From Clostridia bacterium (lineage in GTDB: Bacteria > Bacillota > Clostridia > UMGS1883): a stretch of DNA of 49,628 nt. Position numbers and translations under genes: made by a program. The notes under the pieces are model-generated. The model did no database searches. It was not told the origin of the DNA and saw nothing but the letters and a program-made list of their open reading frames with translations. The stretch is taken from the NCBI GenBank assembly GCA_051866635.1, contig JBJDXJ010000023.1, positions 1 through 49,628 on the forward strand. The letters run 5' to 3'. Positions 1 to 8,666 of the stretch are shown one piece after another; the first letter of the stretch is position 1; each line of letters starts with the position of its first letter.

Positions 1-70
1 TTTTGTTGGGACAGTCCCGAAATGGTCTTTTTGTTATATCAGTGTTGACTTTTTTACAGCCATTTTGTTT

Positions 71-1729
71 TTACATTGCGTTATTCATTGCTGAAACAAG
101 TGCTTCGATTGAAGATGTGATAATATCTTCATGAATACCTGCACCCCAGTAAATATTGCCGTCATTGTCGGCAATGCTTACATAGGAAATTGCACTTGCC
201 TGGCTACCTTCCGTAAGGGCATGTTCTTCATAGTCCTTAACGGCAAATTCTTTGCCAAGATACTTGCAAAGTGCATTTGTAACTGCGTCAAGTCGTCCGT
301 TACCGCGACTGCGGATAAGAGTATCATTTCCGTCCTTTATAACGGTTACTGTAGCCGTGAATACATTGCCTTGCTGAGTAAAGAGCGAATCGGCAATGTC
401 AAATACTTTGCGGTTCTTAACGTATTTATCAAGGAATATTTCATGCACCCAATCAGGTGAAAGCTCCTTATGAGCATTGTCGGAAACAGCTTTTGCTGTG
501 TAACCCATATCTTCCTGCATCTTCTTGGGAAGTTTCAATCCGAAGTTCTGCTGAAGAATGTAGCTTACGCCACCCTTACCGGACTGAGAGTTAATACGTA
601 TAACGTCAGAGTCGTATGTTCTGCCAACGTCCTTGGGGTCAATGGGAAGGTAGGGAACAGACCATACTGAAAGATTGTTTTCTGCACGCCACGCCATACC
701 CTTTGCGATTGCATCCTGATGTGAACCTGAGAATGCGGCAAATACCAAACTGCCACAGTAGGGAGCACGGTCGGATACCTTCATATTTGTGAAACGTTCA
801 TATGCTTCACAGATGGAGGGCATATCCGAGAAATCAAGACCGGGATCAACACCGTGTGAAAACATATTCATAGCAAGTGTGATAATGTCACAGTTACCTG
901 TTCTTTCACCGTTACCGAAAAGTGTACCTTCAATACGGTCGCCGCCTGCCAATATACCTAATTCAGCATCGGCAACGCCTGTACCGCGGTCATTGTGGGG
1001 GTGAAGTGAAATAATAACATTTTCACGGTTATGTAAGTTCTTGGACATATATTCAACCTGCGATGCATAAACGTGGGGAAGGCTTGTTTCAACAGTTGCG
1101 GGAAGGTTAATTATAACCTTTCGGTCTTCTGTAGGCTGCCATATGTCAATAACAGCATTGCAAACCTCCAATGCATATTCAGGTTCTGTGCCTGTGAAAC
1201 TTTCGGGGCTGTATTCAAAAAGGAAGTTGCCCTCTGTTTCTTTAGCAAGTTTGTCAAGAAGCTTTGCACCGTCTGTAGCAATCTTCAGAATTTCAGCCTT
1301 ATCCTTTTTAAACACCTGCTCACGCTGTGCAACGGATGTGGAATTGTAAAGGTGAACAATAGCCTTTGGTGCACCACGGAGGGCATCAAATGTCTTTTTA
1401 ATAATATGCTCACGTGCCTGTGTAAGTACCTGAAGTGTTACATCTTCGGGAACAAGATTGCGTTCAATAAGTGCACGGAGAAATTCATATTCAGTATCGC
1501 TGGCGGCGGGGAAGCCAACCTCGATTTCTTTAAATCCCAATTTTACAAGGAGTGTGAAAAACTCCAACTTTTCTTCAAGGCTCATAGGCTCAATAAGTGC
1601 CTGATTGCCGTCACGTAGGTCCACACTGCACCAAATTGGGGGACTTGAGATGTACTCCTTCTTAACCCAATCAAAACAAGGGGTGGGTGGCATGAAATAG
1701 GTTCTTTGATATTTTTCGCAGTTTTTCAT
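71..1729 (-). CDS. leuA: 2-isopropylmalate synthase
   Basis: 552 aa; WCSVDLRDGNQAL, EYSPESF, SLHPHNDRG, GNGERTGN, AFSGSHQDAI and IRINSQSGKGG motifs; C-terminal regulatory domain; SD AAAGGAG upstream. Confidence 0.95.
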   Translation of the reverse strand: MKNCEKYQRTYFMPPTPCFDWVKKEYISSPPIWCSVDLRDGNQALIEPMSLEEKLEFFTLLVKLGFKEIEVGFPAASDTEYEFLRALIERNLVPEDVTLQVLTQAREHIIKKTFDALRGAPKAIVHLYNSTSVAQREQVFKKDKAEILKIATDGAKLLDKLAKETEGNFLFEYSPESFTGTEPEYALEVCNAVIDIWQPTEDRKVIINLPATVETSLPHVYASQVEYMSKNLHNRENVIISLHPHNDRGTGVADAELGILAGGDRIEGTLFGNGERTGNCDIITLAMNMFSHGVDPGLDFSDMPSICEAYERFTNMKVSDRAPYCGSLVFAAFSGSHQDAIAKGMAWRAENNLSVWSVPYLPIDPKDVGRTYDSDVIRINSQSGKGGVSYILQQNFGLKLPKKMQEDMGYTAKAVSDNAHKELSPDWVHEIFLDKYVKNRKVFDIADSLFTQQGNVFTATVTVIKDGNDTLIRSRGNGRLDAVTNALCKYLGKEFAVKDYEEHALTEGSQASAISYVSIADNDGNIYWGAGIHEDIITSSIEALVSAMNNAM

Positions 1730-1838
1730 AAATACGCTCCTTTCTGTAAAAGAATATTTAAAATTTTGAATTTGCGAAAATTACTAAATTTCTATTATTT
1801 TAACATAACAAAAAGAATAATGCAAGACAAAGTTTGCA

Positions 1839-2939
1839 TTATTCTTTCAAAAGAGCAATTAACGCCTCGGAAAAATATTCAGCCCCTTTTTTTGCTTCCT
1901 CTAAGGTGTTTCCGTTCGTGCCCACCTCTAAAATAAAAGCGTAAGGTGCTGTGTGTTGGTTAAAACGCTCCTTTCTCAGATTTATCGGTCGTGCAAGGGA
2001 GGGGTAAAGTGTGTTCATCTTATGCTGAAGTTTCAGAGCGAAGGCTAAATTTGTCTGCCAAGCAGGATGGTCAAGTCCGCTTTCGTTTGTGCCGATAACA
2101 AGCATAACCTGAGAACTTCCGCTGTCAAAGGCTGTAACAGGACGCATTTTTACACCCTCATTTGTAACAATGGCATCACGGTGGACATCGATAACAATTT
2201 TAATGGAAGGATATTTTTCCGTATATGATTTAATCAGCTTAAGGCTTTTTGAATAACTTCCGCTGTAGGAAGGATGGTCGTTTATGCTTTTATCATGGAT
2301 AACGTTTATACCGTTATCGGTAAGTTTTTGGTATATAATTTCACCAACTGATACCATGTTGAAATTTAAGTTGGTTGTTCTGTCCGTTTCCGTGGGAGTG
2401 TAGTTGTAAAGTGCCGATGGTGTATAACTTTCGCTTGTGTGGGTATGGACGATAAGAACAGAAGGCGAATCAGAGAGGGAAAGGTCAAGATTTTTGTTTA
2501 AAAGGGAGGATACATCAATATCTTTCTTTGTCTGGTTGTTTATATATATTCCCTCAACGCTTTTATAGCCTTTTTCTTCGGCACTGCTGTATGTTACATT
2601 TTGTGCGGTGTTTTCAAAAATGACAGGTGGCTCTGTGGAAATTTCTTCTGCATCAGGTAAGGCGGATGTAGCTTCCTTGGCAGTTTCTTCGTTAAACACC
2701 TCTAAAAGAGGAGCAGATACATTAAAAATTGAAAGAACCATGTCCTCTTCCGATACTGAAAAAGGCTCATGAAGTCCTGTTTTAAGTATGATTGATGCCA
2801 TATTTGCAGTTATTTTGTCAAAGCTTAATGTTTTCAAAAAACAAATTAAAATAAAAAAAACAACGGCACTTAGTAAATATAAAGGGAATTTTCGCATATC
2901 AATTGTGCGAAAAATGTTGATTTTTCGAAAATTTTTCAT
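1839..2939 (-). CDS. spoIIP: Stage II sporulation protein P (peptidoglycan amidase/endopeptidase)
   Basis: N-terminal TM helix; VLIVHTHTSESY, IDVHRD, RFNQH and LEVG motifs. Start may be the downstream Met (MRKFP). Confidence 0.88.
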   Translation of the reverse strand: MKNFRKINIFRTIDMRKFPLYLLSAVVFFILICFLKTLSFDKITANMASIILKTGLHEPFSVSEEDMVLSIFNVSAPLLEVFNEETAKEATSALPDAEEISTEPPVIFENTAQNVTYSSAEEKGYKSVEGIYINNQTKKDIDVSSLLNKNLDLSLSDSPSVLIVHTHTSESYTPSALYNYTPTETDRTTNLNFNMVSVGEIIYQKLTDNGINVIHDKSINDHPSYSGSYSKSLKLIKSYTEKYPSIKIVIDVHRDAIVTNEGVKMRPVTAFDSGSSQVMLVIGTNESGLDHPAWQTNLAFALKLQHKMNTLYPSLARPINLRKERFNQHTAPYAFILEVGTNGNTLEEAKKGAEYFSEALIALLKE

Positions 2940-3034
2940 CGGCGGCAGTCCTTTCTTAAAATATTATATTGACTAAAAGTGAAAAATATGATAAAAATAA
3001 GTAGTACATATGAAAGATAACGGAGGTAAAAAAC

Positions 3035-3898
3035 ATGTTAGTTTCTGCAACAGAAATGCTCAAAAAAGCAGTTGAAGGCCACTATGCAGTAGGTCAGTTC
3101 AACATCAATAACCTTGAATGGACAAAGGCTATTCTCCTTACAGCACAGGAAAACAACTCACCTGTTATCCTCGGTGTTAGTGAAGGTGCAGGTAAGTACA
3201 TGACAGGTTTCAAGACAGTTTCCGCTATGGTTAAGGCTATGATGGAAGAATTAAACATCACAGTTCCCGTAGCACTTCACCTTGACCACGGCTCCTATGC
3301 AGGTTGCTATAAGTGCGTTAAGGCAGGCTTCTCTTCCATTATGTTTGACGGTAGCCATTTCCCCATTGATGAAAATGTTGAAAAGACAACTGAACTTGTT
3401 CACGTTGCTCATAACCTTGGACTTTCCATCGAAGCTGAAGTTGGTTCTATCGGCGGCGAAGAAGACGGCGTTGTAGGTGCAGGCGAAATCGCTGATCCCA
3501 TGGAATGTAAGAGAATTGCAGATTTGGGTGTAGACTTCCTTGCGGCGGGTATCGGTAACATCCACGGTAAGTACCCCGAAAACTGGAAGGGTCTTGACTT
3601 TGATGCTTTAGCTAAAATTAAGGACCTTGTAGGCGATCTTCCCCTTGTTCTTCACGGCGGTACAGGTATTCCTGAAGATATGATTAAAAAGGCAATTTCT
3701 CTCGGTGTTGCTAAGATTAATGTTAACACTGAATGTCAGCTTTACTTCCAGGAAGCAACAAGAAAGTATATCGAAGAAGGTAAGGACCTTCAGGGTAAGG
3801 GCTTTGACCCCAGAAAGCTTCTTGCTCCCGGTTTTGAAGGCATCAAGACAATCGTAAAGGAAAAGATGGAACTTTTCGGTTCTGTAAACAAGGCTTGA
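3035..3898 (+). CDS. fba: Class II fructose-1,6-bisphosphate aldolase
   Basis: HLDHG, MFDGS, GNIHGKY, LVLHGGTG and KINVNTE motifs; SD GGAGG. Confidence 0.95.
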   Translation: MLVSATEMLKKAVEGHYAVGQFNINNLEWTKAILLTAQENNSPVILGVSEGAGKYMTGFKTVSAMVKAMMEELNITVPVALHLDHGSYAGCYKCVKAGFSSIMFDGSHFPIDENVEKTTELVHVAHNLGLSIEAEVGSIGGEEDGVVGAGEIADPMECKRIADLGVDFLAAGIGNIHGKYPENWKGLDFDALAKIKDLVGDLPLVLHGGTGIPEDMIKKAISLGVAKINVNTECQLYFQEATRKYIEEGKDLQGKGFDPRKLLAPGFEGIKTIVKEKMELFGSVNKA

Positions 3899-3922
3899 TT
3901 GAAGTAATATAACAAACATAGG

Positions 3923-3955
3923 GCACGGAGGGCTAAGGCTTTCCGTGCTTGTTTT
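3923..3955 (+). terminator. Intrinsic terminator after fba
   Basis: gcacggagggc-taag-gctttccgtgc stem followed by ttgtttt. Confidence 0.7.
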
Positions 3956-3981
3956 ACACTGCATAAAAAGAAGGTCTTATA

Positions 3982-4851
3982 ATGCAAAAGATTAACGACA
4001 AAACAAAAGGCGTTTTACTTATAATATCTGCGGCTTTTTTCTTTGCCGCAATGGGTATGTTTGTCAGGCTTTCAGGTGATGTACCAAGCATACAGAAAAG
4101 CTTTTTCAGAAACTTTGTTGCCGCAATATTTTCATTTTTCGTCCTTTTGAAAAGCGAAGAAAAGTTTAAAACTAAAAAAGAAAACTTACATCTTCTTATT
4201 GGAAGAGCTGTTTGCGGAACTGTAGGTATACTGGGAAATTTTTACGCAATTGACCATATGCATCTGGCCGATGCATCAATGCTTAATAAACTTTCTCCAT
4301 TTTTTGCTACTGTGTTTTCATATTTTATACTTAAAGAAAAGGCGACAAAAGTGCAGATTGGGGCAGTTATCATTGCATTTATAGGCAGTTTGTTTATAAT
4401 TAAGCCCGGCTTTTCGGCAGAATTTTTCCCCGGGTTTGTGGGATTTTTGGGTGGTATGGGTGCAGGCATGGCATATGCCTTGGTACGCCTTATGACAAAA
4501 CGTGGTGAAAGGAAAGCCTTTATCGTATTTTTCTTTTCGACCTTTTCCTGTCTTGTGACAATTCCTTATTTGATTTTTAACTTTAAGCCTATGAGTCTTT
4601 GCCAGCTTATCATGCTTATATGTGCAGGCTTTTGTGCTTGCGGAGGTCAGTTTTCAATAACAGGTGCATATTCATATGCTCCTGCAAAGGAAATATCGGT
4701 TTTTGACTATACGCAGATTATTTTTTCGGCATTGATGGGCATAATTGTGTTTTCAGACTTCCCCGATATGTGGAGCATTTTAGGTTATGTGATAATTATA
4801 GGCATTGGGGTTGTAATGTTTTTTTACGACAAAAAACCTAAAAAGGAATAA
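3982..4851 (+). CDS. DMT/EamA family membrane transporter
   Basis: 289 aa, about 10 hydrophobic helices in two repeats; FFRN and ILKEK motifs. Confidence 0.85.
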   Translation: MQKINDKTKGVLLIISAAFFFAAMGMFVRLSGDVPSIQKSFFRNFVAAIFSFFVLLKSEEKFKTKKENLHLLIGRAVCGTVGILGNFYAIDHMHLADASMLNKLSPFFATVFSYFILKEKATKVQIGAVIIAFIGSLFIIKPGFSAEFFPGFVGFLGGMGAGMAYALVRLMTKRGERKAFIVFFFSTFSCLVTIPYLIFNFKPMSLCQLIMLICAGFCACGGQFSITGAYSYAPAKEISVFDYTQIIFSALMGIIVFSDFPDMWSILGYVIIIGIGVVMFFYDKKPKKE

Positions 4852-4952
4852 TACACAAAACAACATTATTTTTTGTAAAAAAATGTTGTAATTGACTTTA
4901 AAATGTTGTAAAATGTAATTTATAAATTTACTTAACTGAGGGGGACTTTTTT

Positions 4953-5528
4953 ATGGAAAGCCTTGAGAAGCGAATTTTAAAAGACGGTATGCTCCGTGAA
5001 GGTACTGATATTGTCAAGGTTGATAACTTTTTAAATCATCAGGTTGACCCGTTTTTAATGCAGGATATGGGCAGGGAATTTAAAAGACTTTTTGAAAATG
5101 AAGGTATTACAAAAATACTTACCATTGAAGCCTCCGGCATTGCAATTGCATCATTTGCGGCATTAGAATTCGGAGTGCCCTTTGTTTTTGCAAAGAAGCA
5201 CAAGGCGAAAAATCAAGACCCTGATGTATATGAAGCTGAGGTTTATTCCTATACTAAGGCTACAACCTTCACTGTTAAGGTGTCAAAGAGCTATATTAAC
5301 GAAAATGATGTTGTTTTAATTATTGATGACTTTTTGGCTAACGGTGAAGCACTGAAAGGTCTTATCAGCATTGTAAACCAGGCAGGTGCCCGTGTTGCAG
5401 GTTGCGGTATTGCCATTGAAAAGGCTTACCAAAAGGGCGGCGACAAAGTAAGAGAAATGGGCTACAGAGTTGAATCTTTGGCAAAGATTAAAGAAATTAC
5501 AAAAGACGGTAAAATAATATTTGAATAA
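4953..5528 (+). CDS. xpt: Xanthine phosphoribosyltransferase
   Basis: KVDNFLNHQVDP, TIEASGI and the PRPP-binding VLIIDDFLANG motif. Confidence 0.93.
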   Translation: MESLEKRILKDGMLREGTDIVKVDNFLNHQVDPFLMQDMGREFKRLFENEGITKILTIEASGIAIASFAALEFGVPFVFAKKHKAKNQDPDVYEAEVYSYTKATTFTVKVSKSYINENDVVLIIDDFLANGEALKGLISIVNQAGARVAGCGIAIEKAYQKGGDKVREMGYRVESLAKIKEITKDGKIIFE

Positions 5529-5537
5529 GGTGATATT

Positions 5538-6731
5538 ATGGGACTTAATGATACTCCAAAAGGTGAAAGACTGCATATAGGTATATTCGGAAAAAGGAAT
5601 GTGGGTAAGTCAAGCGTTATAAATGCAATTACAAGTCAGAAACTTTCTATTGTAAGTGATGTTTTAGGAACTACAACAGACCCTGTGTACAAGGCGATGG
5701 AAATTTTGCCCCTTGGTCCCGTTATGCTTATTGATACCCCCGGTATTGATGATGAAGGCGAGCTTGGAAAAGAGCGTGTTAAGGCAAGCTACCGTGTTTT
5801 GAATAAATGCGATGTTGCACTTTTGGTTGCTGACATGAAAGATGGGCTTACAGATGAAGAATTAAAACTTATTGATACAATAAAGGAAAAAAATATTCCA
5901 TATGTTATTGCATATAACAAATGTGACAGCGGTGAAGAAAAATATACTGACGGTGTCTGTATTTCCGCAAAGGAAAATATAAATATCGACCTTTTAAGGC
6001 AAAAGCTTGCAGAAGCGGCAAATTGTGATGGTCCTGAAAGAACTCTGTTGGGCGATTTGATTAGCCCCGGTGATGTTATCATTTTAGTTGTGCCCATTGA
6101 TTCTGCGGCACCAAAGGGAAGGCTGATACTTCCTCAGCAGCAGACAATTCGTGACATTTTGGACCATGATGCCTCCGCTTTTGTTATAAAAGAGGATAAA
6201 ATCAAGGAAACTATCGAAAGCCTTACGAAAAAACCCAGGATGGTAGTATGTGACTCTCAGGTTTTTGAAAGGGTGAACAAAGACACACCGGAAGATATTT
6301 CTTTGACCAGCTTTTCAATCCTTTATGCAAGGTACAAGGGTGACTTGAAAACAAATGTTTCAGGTGCCAAAAAGTTGGACAGTCTTAAAGACGGTGACAC
6401 TGTTTTAATTTCCGAAGGCTGTACACACAGACGCCAGTGCGGTGATATAGGCACTGTAAAGATGCCTATGTGGATAAAAAAATACACAGGCAAGGATTTG
6501 AATTTTGAATTTACATCAGGTGGGGAGTTCCCCGAAGATTTAAGCAAATATTCCATTGTTGTACACTGCGGCGGATGTATGCTTAACGAAAAGGAAATGA
6601 AGTACCGTATGGCATGTTGTATGGATGCATCTGTGCCTATTGTTAACTACGGTGTTGCAATCGCTTATATGCACGGTATTTTAAAAAGAAGTGTTGAGCC
6701 TTTTGATGATGTACGAAAAATATTGGAATAA
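5538..6731 (+). CDS. hydF: [FeFe]-hydrogenase maturation GTPase HydF
   Basis: GKRNVGKSS P-loop, GTTTDPV, DTPG, APKGRLILPQ, Fe-S ligands CTH...HCGGC. Confidence 0.93.
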   Translation: MGLNDTPKGERLHIGIFGKRNVGKSSVINAITSQKLSIVSDVLGTTTDPVYKAMEILPLGPVMLIDTPGIDDEGELGKERVKASYRVLNKCDVALLVADMKDGLTDEELKLIDTIKEKNIPYVIAYNKCDSGEEKYTDGVCISAKENINIDLLRQKLAEAANCDGPERTLLGDLISPGDVIILVVPIDSAAPKGRLILPQQQTIRDILDHDASAFVIKEDKIKETIESLTKKPRMVVCDSQVFERVNKDTPEDISLTSFSILYARYKGDLKTNVSGAKKLDSLKDGDTVLISEGCTHRRQCGDIGTVKMPMWIKKYTGKDLNFEFTSGGEFPEDLSKYSIVVHCGGCMLNEKEMKYRMACCMDASVPIVNYGVAIAYMHGILKRSVEPFDDVRKILE

Positions 6732-6775
6732 TACAGCCTTTTTCGCATATGTATTTTGCGAAAGGGGATAGTGAA

Positions 6776-6898
6776 TTGAAAAAGATTATTGCAATATTAT
6801 GTATAGGCACACTTATAACAGGGCTTTTGGCAGGCTGCGGAATATGGGCAGATGAAGAAGCACCTACAGAAACGACGGAAATTGTTTATGTTCAATAA
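6776..6898 (+). CDS. Putative 40-aa small lipoprotein (not in ORF track)
   Basis: TTG start after SD AAAGGGG; MKKIIAILCIGTLITGLLAG-CGIWADEEAPTETTEIVYVQ* has a basic N-terminus, hydrophobic core and LAGC lipobox; terminator follows. Confidence 0.7.
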   Translation: MKKIIAILCIGTLITGLLAGCGIWADEEAPTETTEIVYVQ

Positions 6899-6900
6899 AG

Positions 6901-6946
6901 ACGGGGCTGTCCTTGTGATTTACTCACTTGCGACAGCCTTGTTTTT
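6901..6946 (+). terminator. Intrinsic terminator
   Basis: acggggctgtc...gacagccttgt stem, inner gtga/tcac pairing, T-tract. Confidence 0.65.
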
Positions 6947-6950
6947 ATCG

Positions 6951-6979
6951 TTGCAAATATAATTGATTTGTGCTACAAT
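6951..6979 (+). promoter_or_regulatory. Sigma-A-like promoter for metF-sfsA
   Basis: TTGCAA-17 nt-TACAAT with TGn extended -10. Confidence 0.55.
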
Positions 6980-7005
6980 GGAAAAAAAGTTTCGGAGATG
7001 ATTAA

Positions 7006-7866
7006 ATGAAAGTAATAGATATTATAAAATCGGACAAGCCCAGCTTATCTTTTGAAGTGTTCCCACCCAAAACAACGGATAAATTTGAGTCTGTTAAAAG
7101 TGCAACGGAGGCTATTGCACGCTTAAAGCCCAGCTTTATGAGCGTTACATACGGTGCAGGCGGCGGTACAAGTGAATATACTGCCGAAATTGCAAAGATG
7201 GTTTCCGATATGGGCGTAACAAGTCTTGCACATTTAAGCTGTATTTCATCAACAAAAGAGCAGGTACATTCCCTTTTGGAAAAGCTCCGTGGCAAAGGTA
7301 TTGAAAACATTCTCGCCTTAAGGGGCGATATCCCAAACGGCATGGAAAATAAAAATCCCCAGTACCGCTACGCCAGCGAGCTTACAAAAGAAATCAAAGA
7401 ATTTGGCGGCTTTTGTATCGGCGGTGCGTGCTATCCCGAAAATCACCCCGAAAGCGAAAACAGCGTAAAAGATATTGAAAGCTTAAAAATCAAAGTGGAA
7501 AACGGATGTGAGTTTTTAACAACACAGATGTTTTTCGATAACAACATACTTTACAACTTTATGTACAGATTGTACCGTGCAGGTGTTGATGTGCCTGTGG
7601 TGGCAGGTGTTATGCCTGTTACAAATGCAAGCCAGATAAAGCGTATATGCTCCATTTCGGGCAATACTTTACCCCAGCGGTTTTTAAGGCTTGTTGACCG
7701 TTACGGAGATAATCCCGAAGCAATGAAGCAAGCAGGCATTGCATATGCAACAGAACAGATTATTGACCTTTATGCAAACGGGGTAAATGCAGTACATGTG
7801 TACAGCATGAATAAGCCTGATGTGGCAGAAGCCATACAAAAAAACATTTCTGAAATAATTAAGTGA
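7006..7866 (+). CDS. metF: 5,10-methylenetetrahydrofolate reductase
   Basis: SFEVFPPK, SVTYGAGG, ILALRGD, ACYPENH, TTQMFFDN. Confidence 0.93.
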   Translation: MKVIDIIKSDKPSLSFEVFPPKTTDKFESVKSATEAIARLKPSFMSVTYGAGGGTSEYTAEIAKMVSDMGVTSLAHLSCISSTKEQVHSLLEKLRGKGIENILALRGDIPNGMENKNPQYRYASELTKEIKEFGGFCIGGACYPENHPESENSVKDIESLKIKVENGCEFLTTQMFFDNNILYNFMYRLYRAGVDVPVVAGVMPVTNASQIKRICSISGNTLPQRFLRLVDRYGDNPEAMKQAGIAYATEQIIDLYANGVNAVHVYSMNKPDVAEAIQKNISEIIK

Positions 7867-7875
7867 TAGAAAATT

Positions 7876-8550
7876 ATGAGGTACAAAAATATAACAGAGG
7901 GCATATTTTTACAAAGGCCCAACAGGTTTATTGCAAATGTTTTAATAGACGGAGAAAATGTAGTATGCCATGTTAAAAACACAGGAAGATGCAAAGAACT
8001 TTTGTATGAAGGGGTAAAGGTTTTTCTTGAAAAAAGCGACAATCCCTTAAGAAAAACAAAGTATGACCTTGTTTCGGTTTACAAGTACGATGTGCTTTAT
8101 AATATTGATTCCCAGGCACCAAATAAGGTCTTTGGCGAATATATTGACAAGTTTTTTAACTCTGTCACACTTATAAAGCCTGAATGTAAATACAAAAATT
8201 CGCGTTTCGATTTTTATGTGGAGTATGAAAACAAAAAGGCATTTATCGAGGTAAAGGGCGTAACGCTGGAAAAGGACAATATTATGCTTTTCCCCGATGC
8301 ACCTACAGAGCGTGGAGTGAAGCACTTAAATGAGCTTTGTGAATGTATAAATGACGGATATGAAGCATATGCGGTGTTTATTATTCAGGCAGATGCGGGA
8401 GAATACTTTACGCCAAATTATAACACACATCCGGAGTTTGCAAAGGCACTTAAAGATGCAAAAGATAAAGGCGTAAACATAAAGGCGTTTAAATGCAGTG
8501 TTTCAAAAGATGATATTGAGATAAAAGAAACCATGGAAGTTAGAGTGTGA
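7876..8550 (+). CDS. sfsA: DNA/RNA nuclease SfsA
   Basis: RPNRF, HVKNTGR, SRFDF, IEVKGVTL, FPDAPTERGVKHL. Confidence 0.92.
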   Translation: MRYKNITEGIFLQRPNRFIANVLIDGENVVCHVKNTGRCKELLYEGVKVFLEKSDNPLRKTKYDLVSVYKYDVLYNIDSQAPNKVFGEYIDKFFNSVTLIKPECKYKNSRFDFYVEYENKKAFIEVKGVTLEKDNIMLFPDAPTERGVKHLNELCECINDGYEAYAVFIIQADAGEYFTPNYNTHPEFAKALKDAKDKGVNIKAFKCSVSKDDIEIKETMEVRV

Positions 8551-8564
8551 AAAAGAAAGAAGAG

Positions 8565-8592
8565 AAAAAAGTGCACATAGTTGCACTTTTTT
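8565..8592 (+). terminator. Intrinsic terminator after sfsA
   Basis: aaaaaagtgca-catagt-tgcactttttt. Confidence 0.7.
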
Positions 8593-8666
8593 TGTTGATT
8601 TTATTTGTGAAAAATGTTAGTATAATATATGACTGATAATGTTTAGCAAAAAGAGGAGGAAAACTA

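Noticed and set aside
1-70. Hairpins at the window start (ggga-cag-tccc; aaatgg/ccattt)
   Set aside because: Truncated by the window edge; cannot distinguish a leuA terminator from a repeat element
1760-1800. CodY-box-like gaatttgcgaaaatt upstream of leuA
   Set aside because: About four mismatches to AATTTTCWGAAAATT in very AT-rich DNA; not distinguishable from chance
2960-2992. SigE-like promoter for spoIIP (minus strand tcatatt...aatataat)
   Set aside because: Plausible, but the -10 deviates from CATA and overlaps the divergent fba promoter region; too weak to call
6899-7005. SAM riboswitch before metF
   Set aside because: No S-box consensus; the predicted promoter is under 30 nt from the start codon
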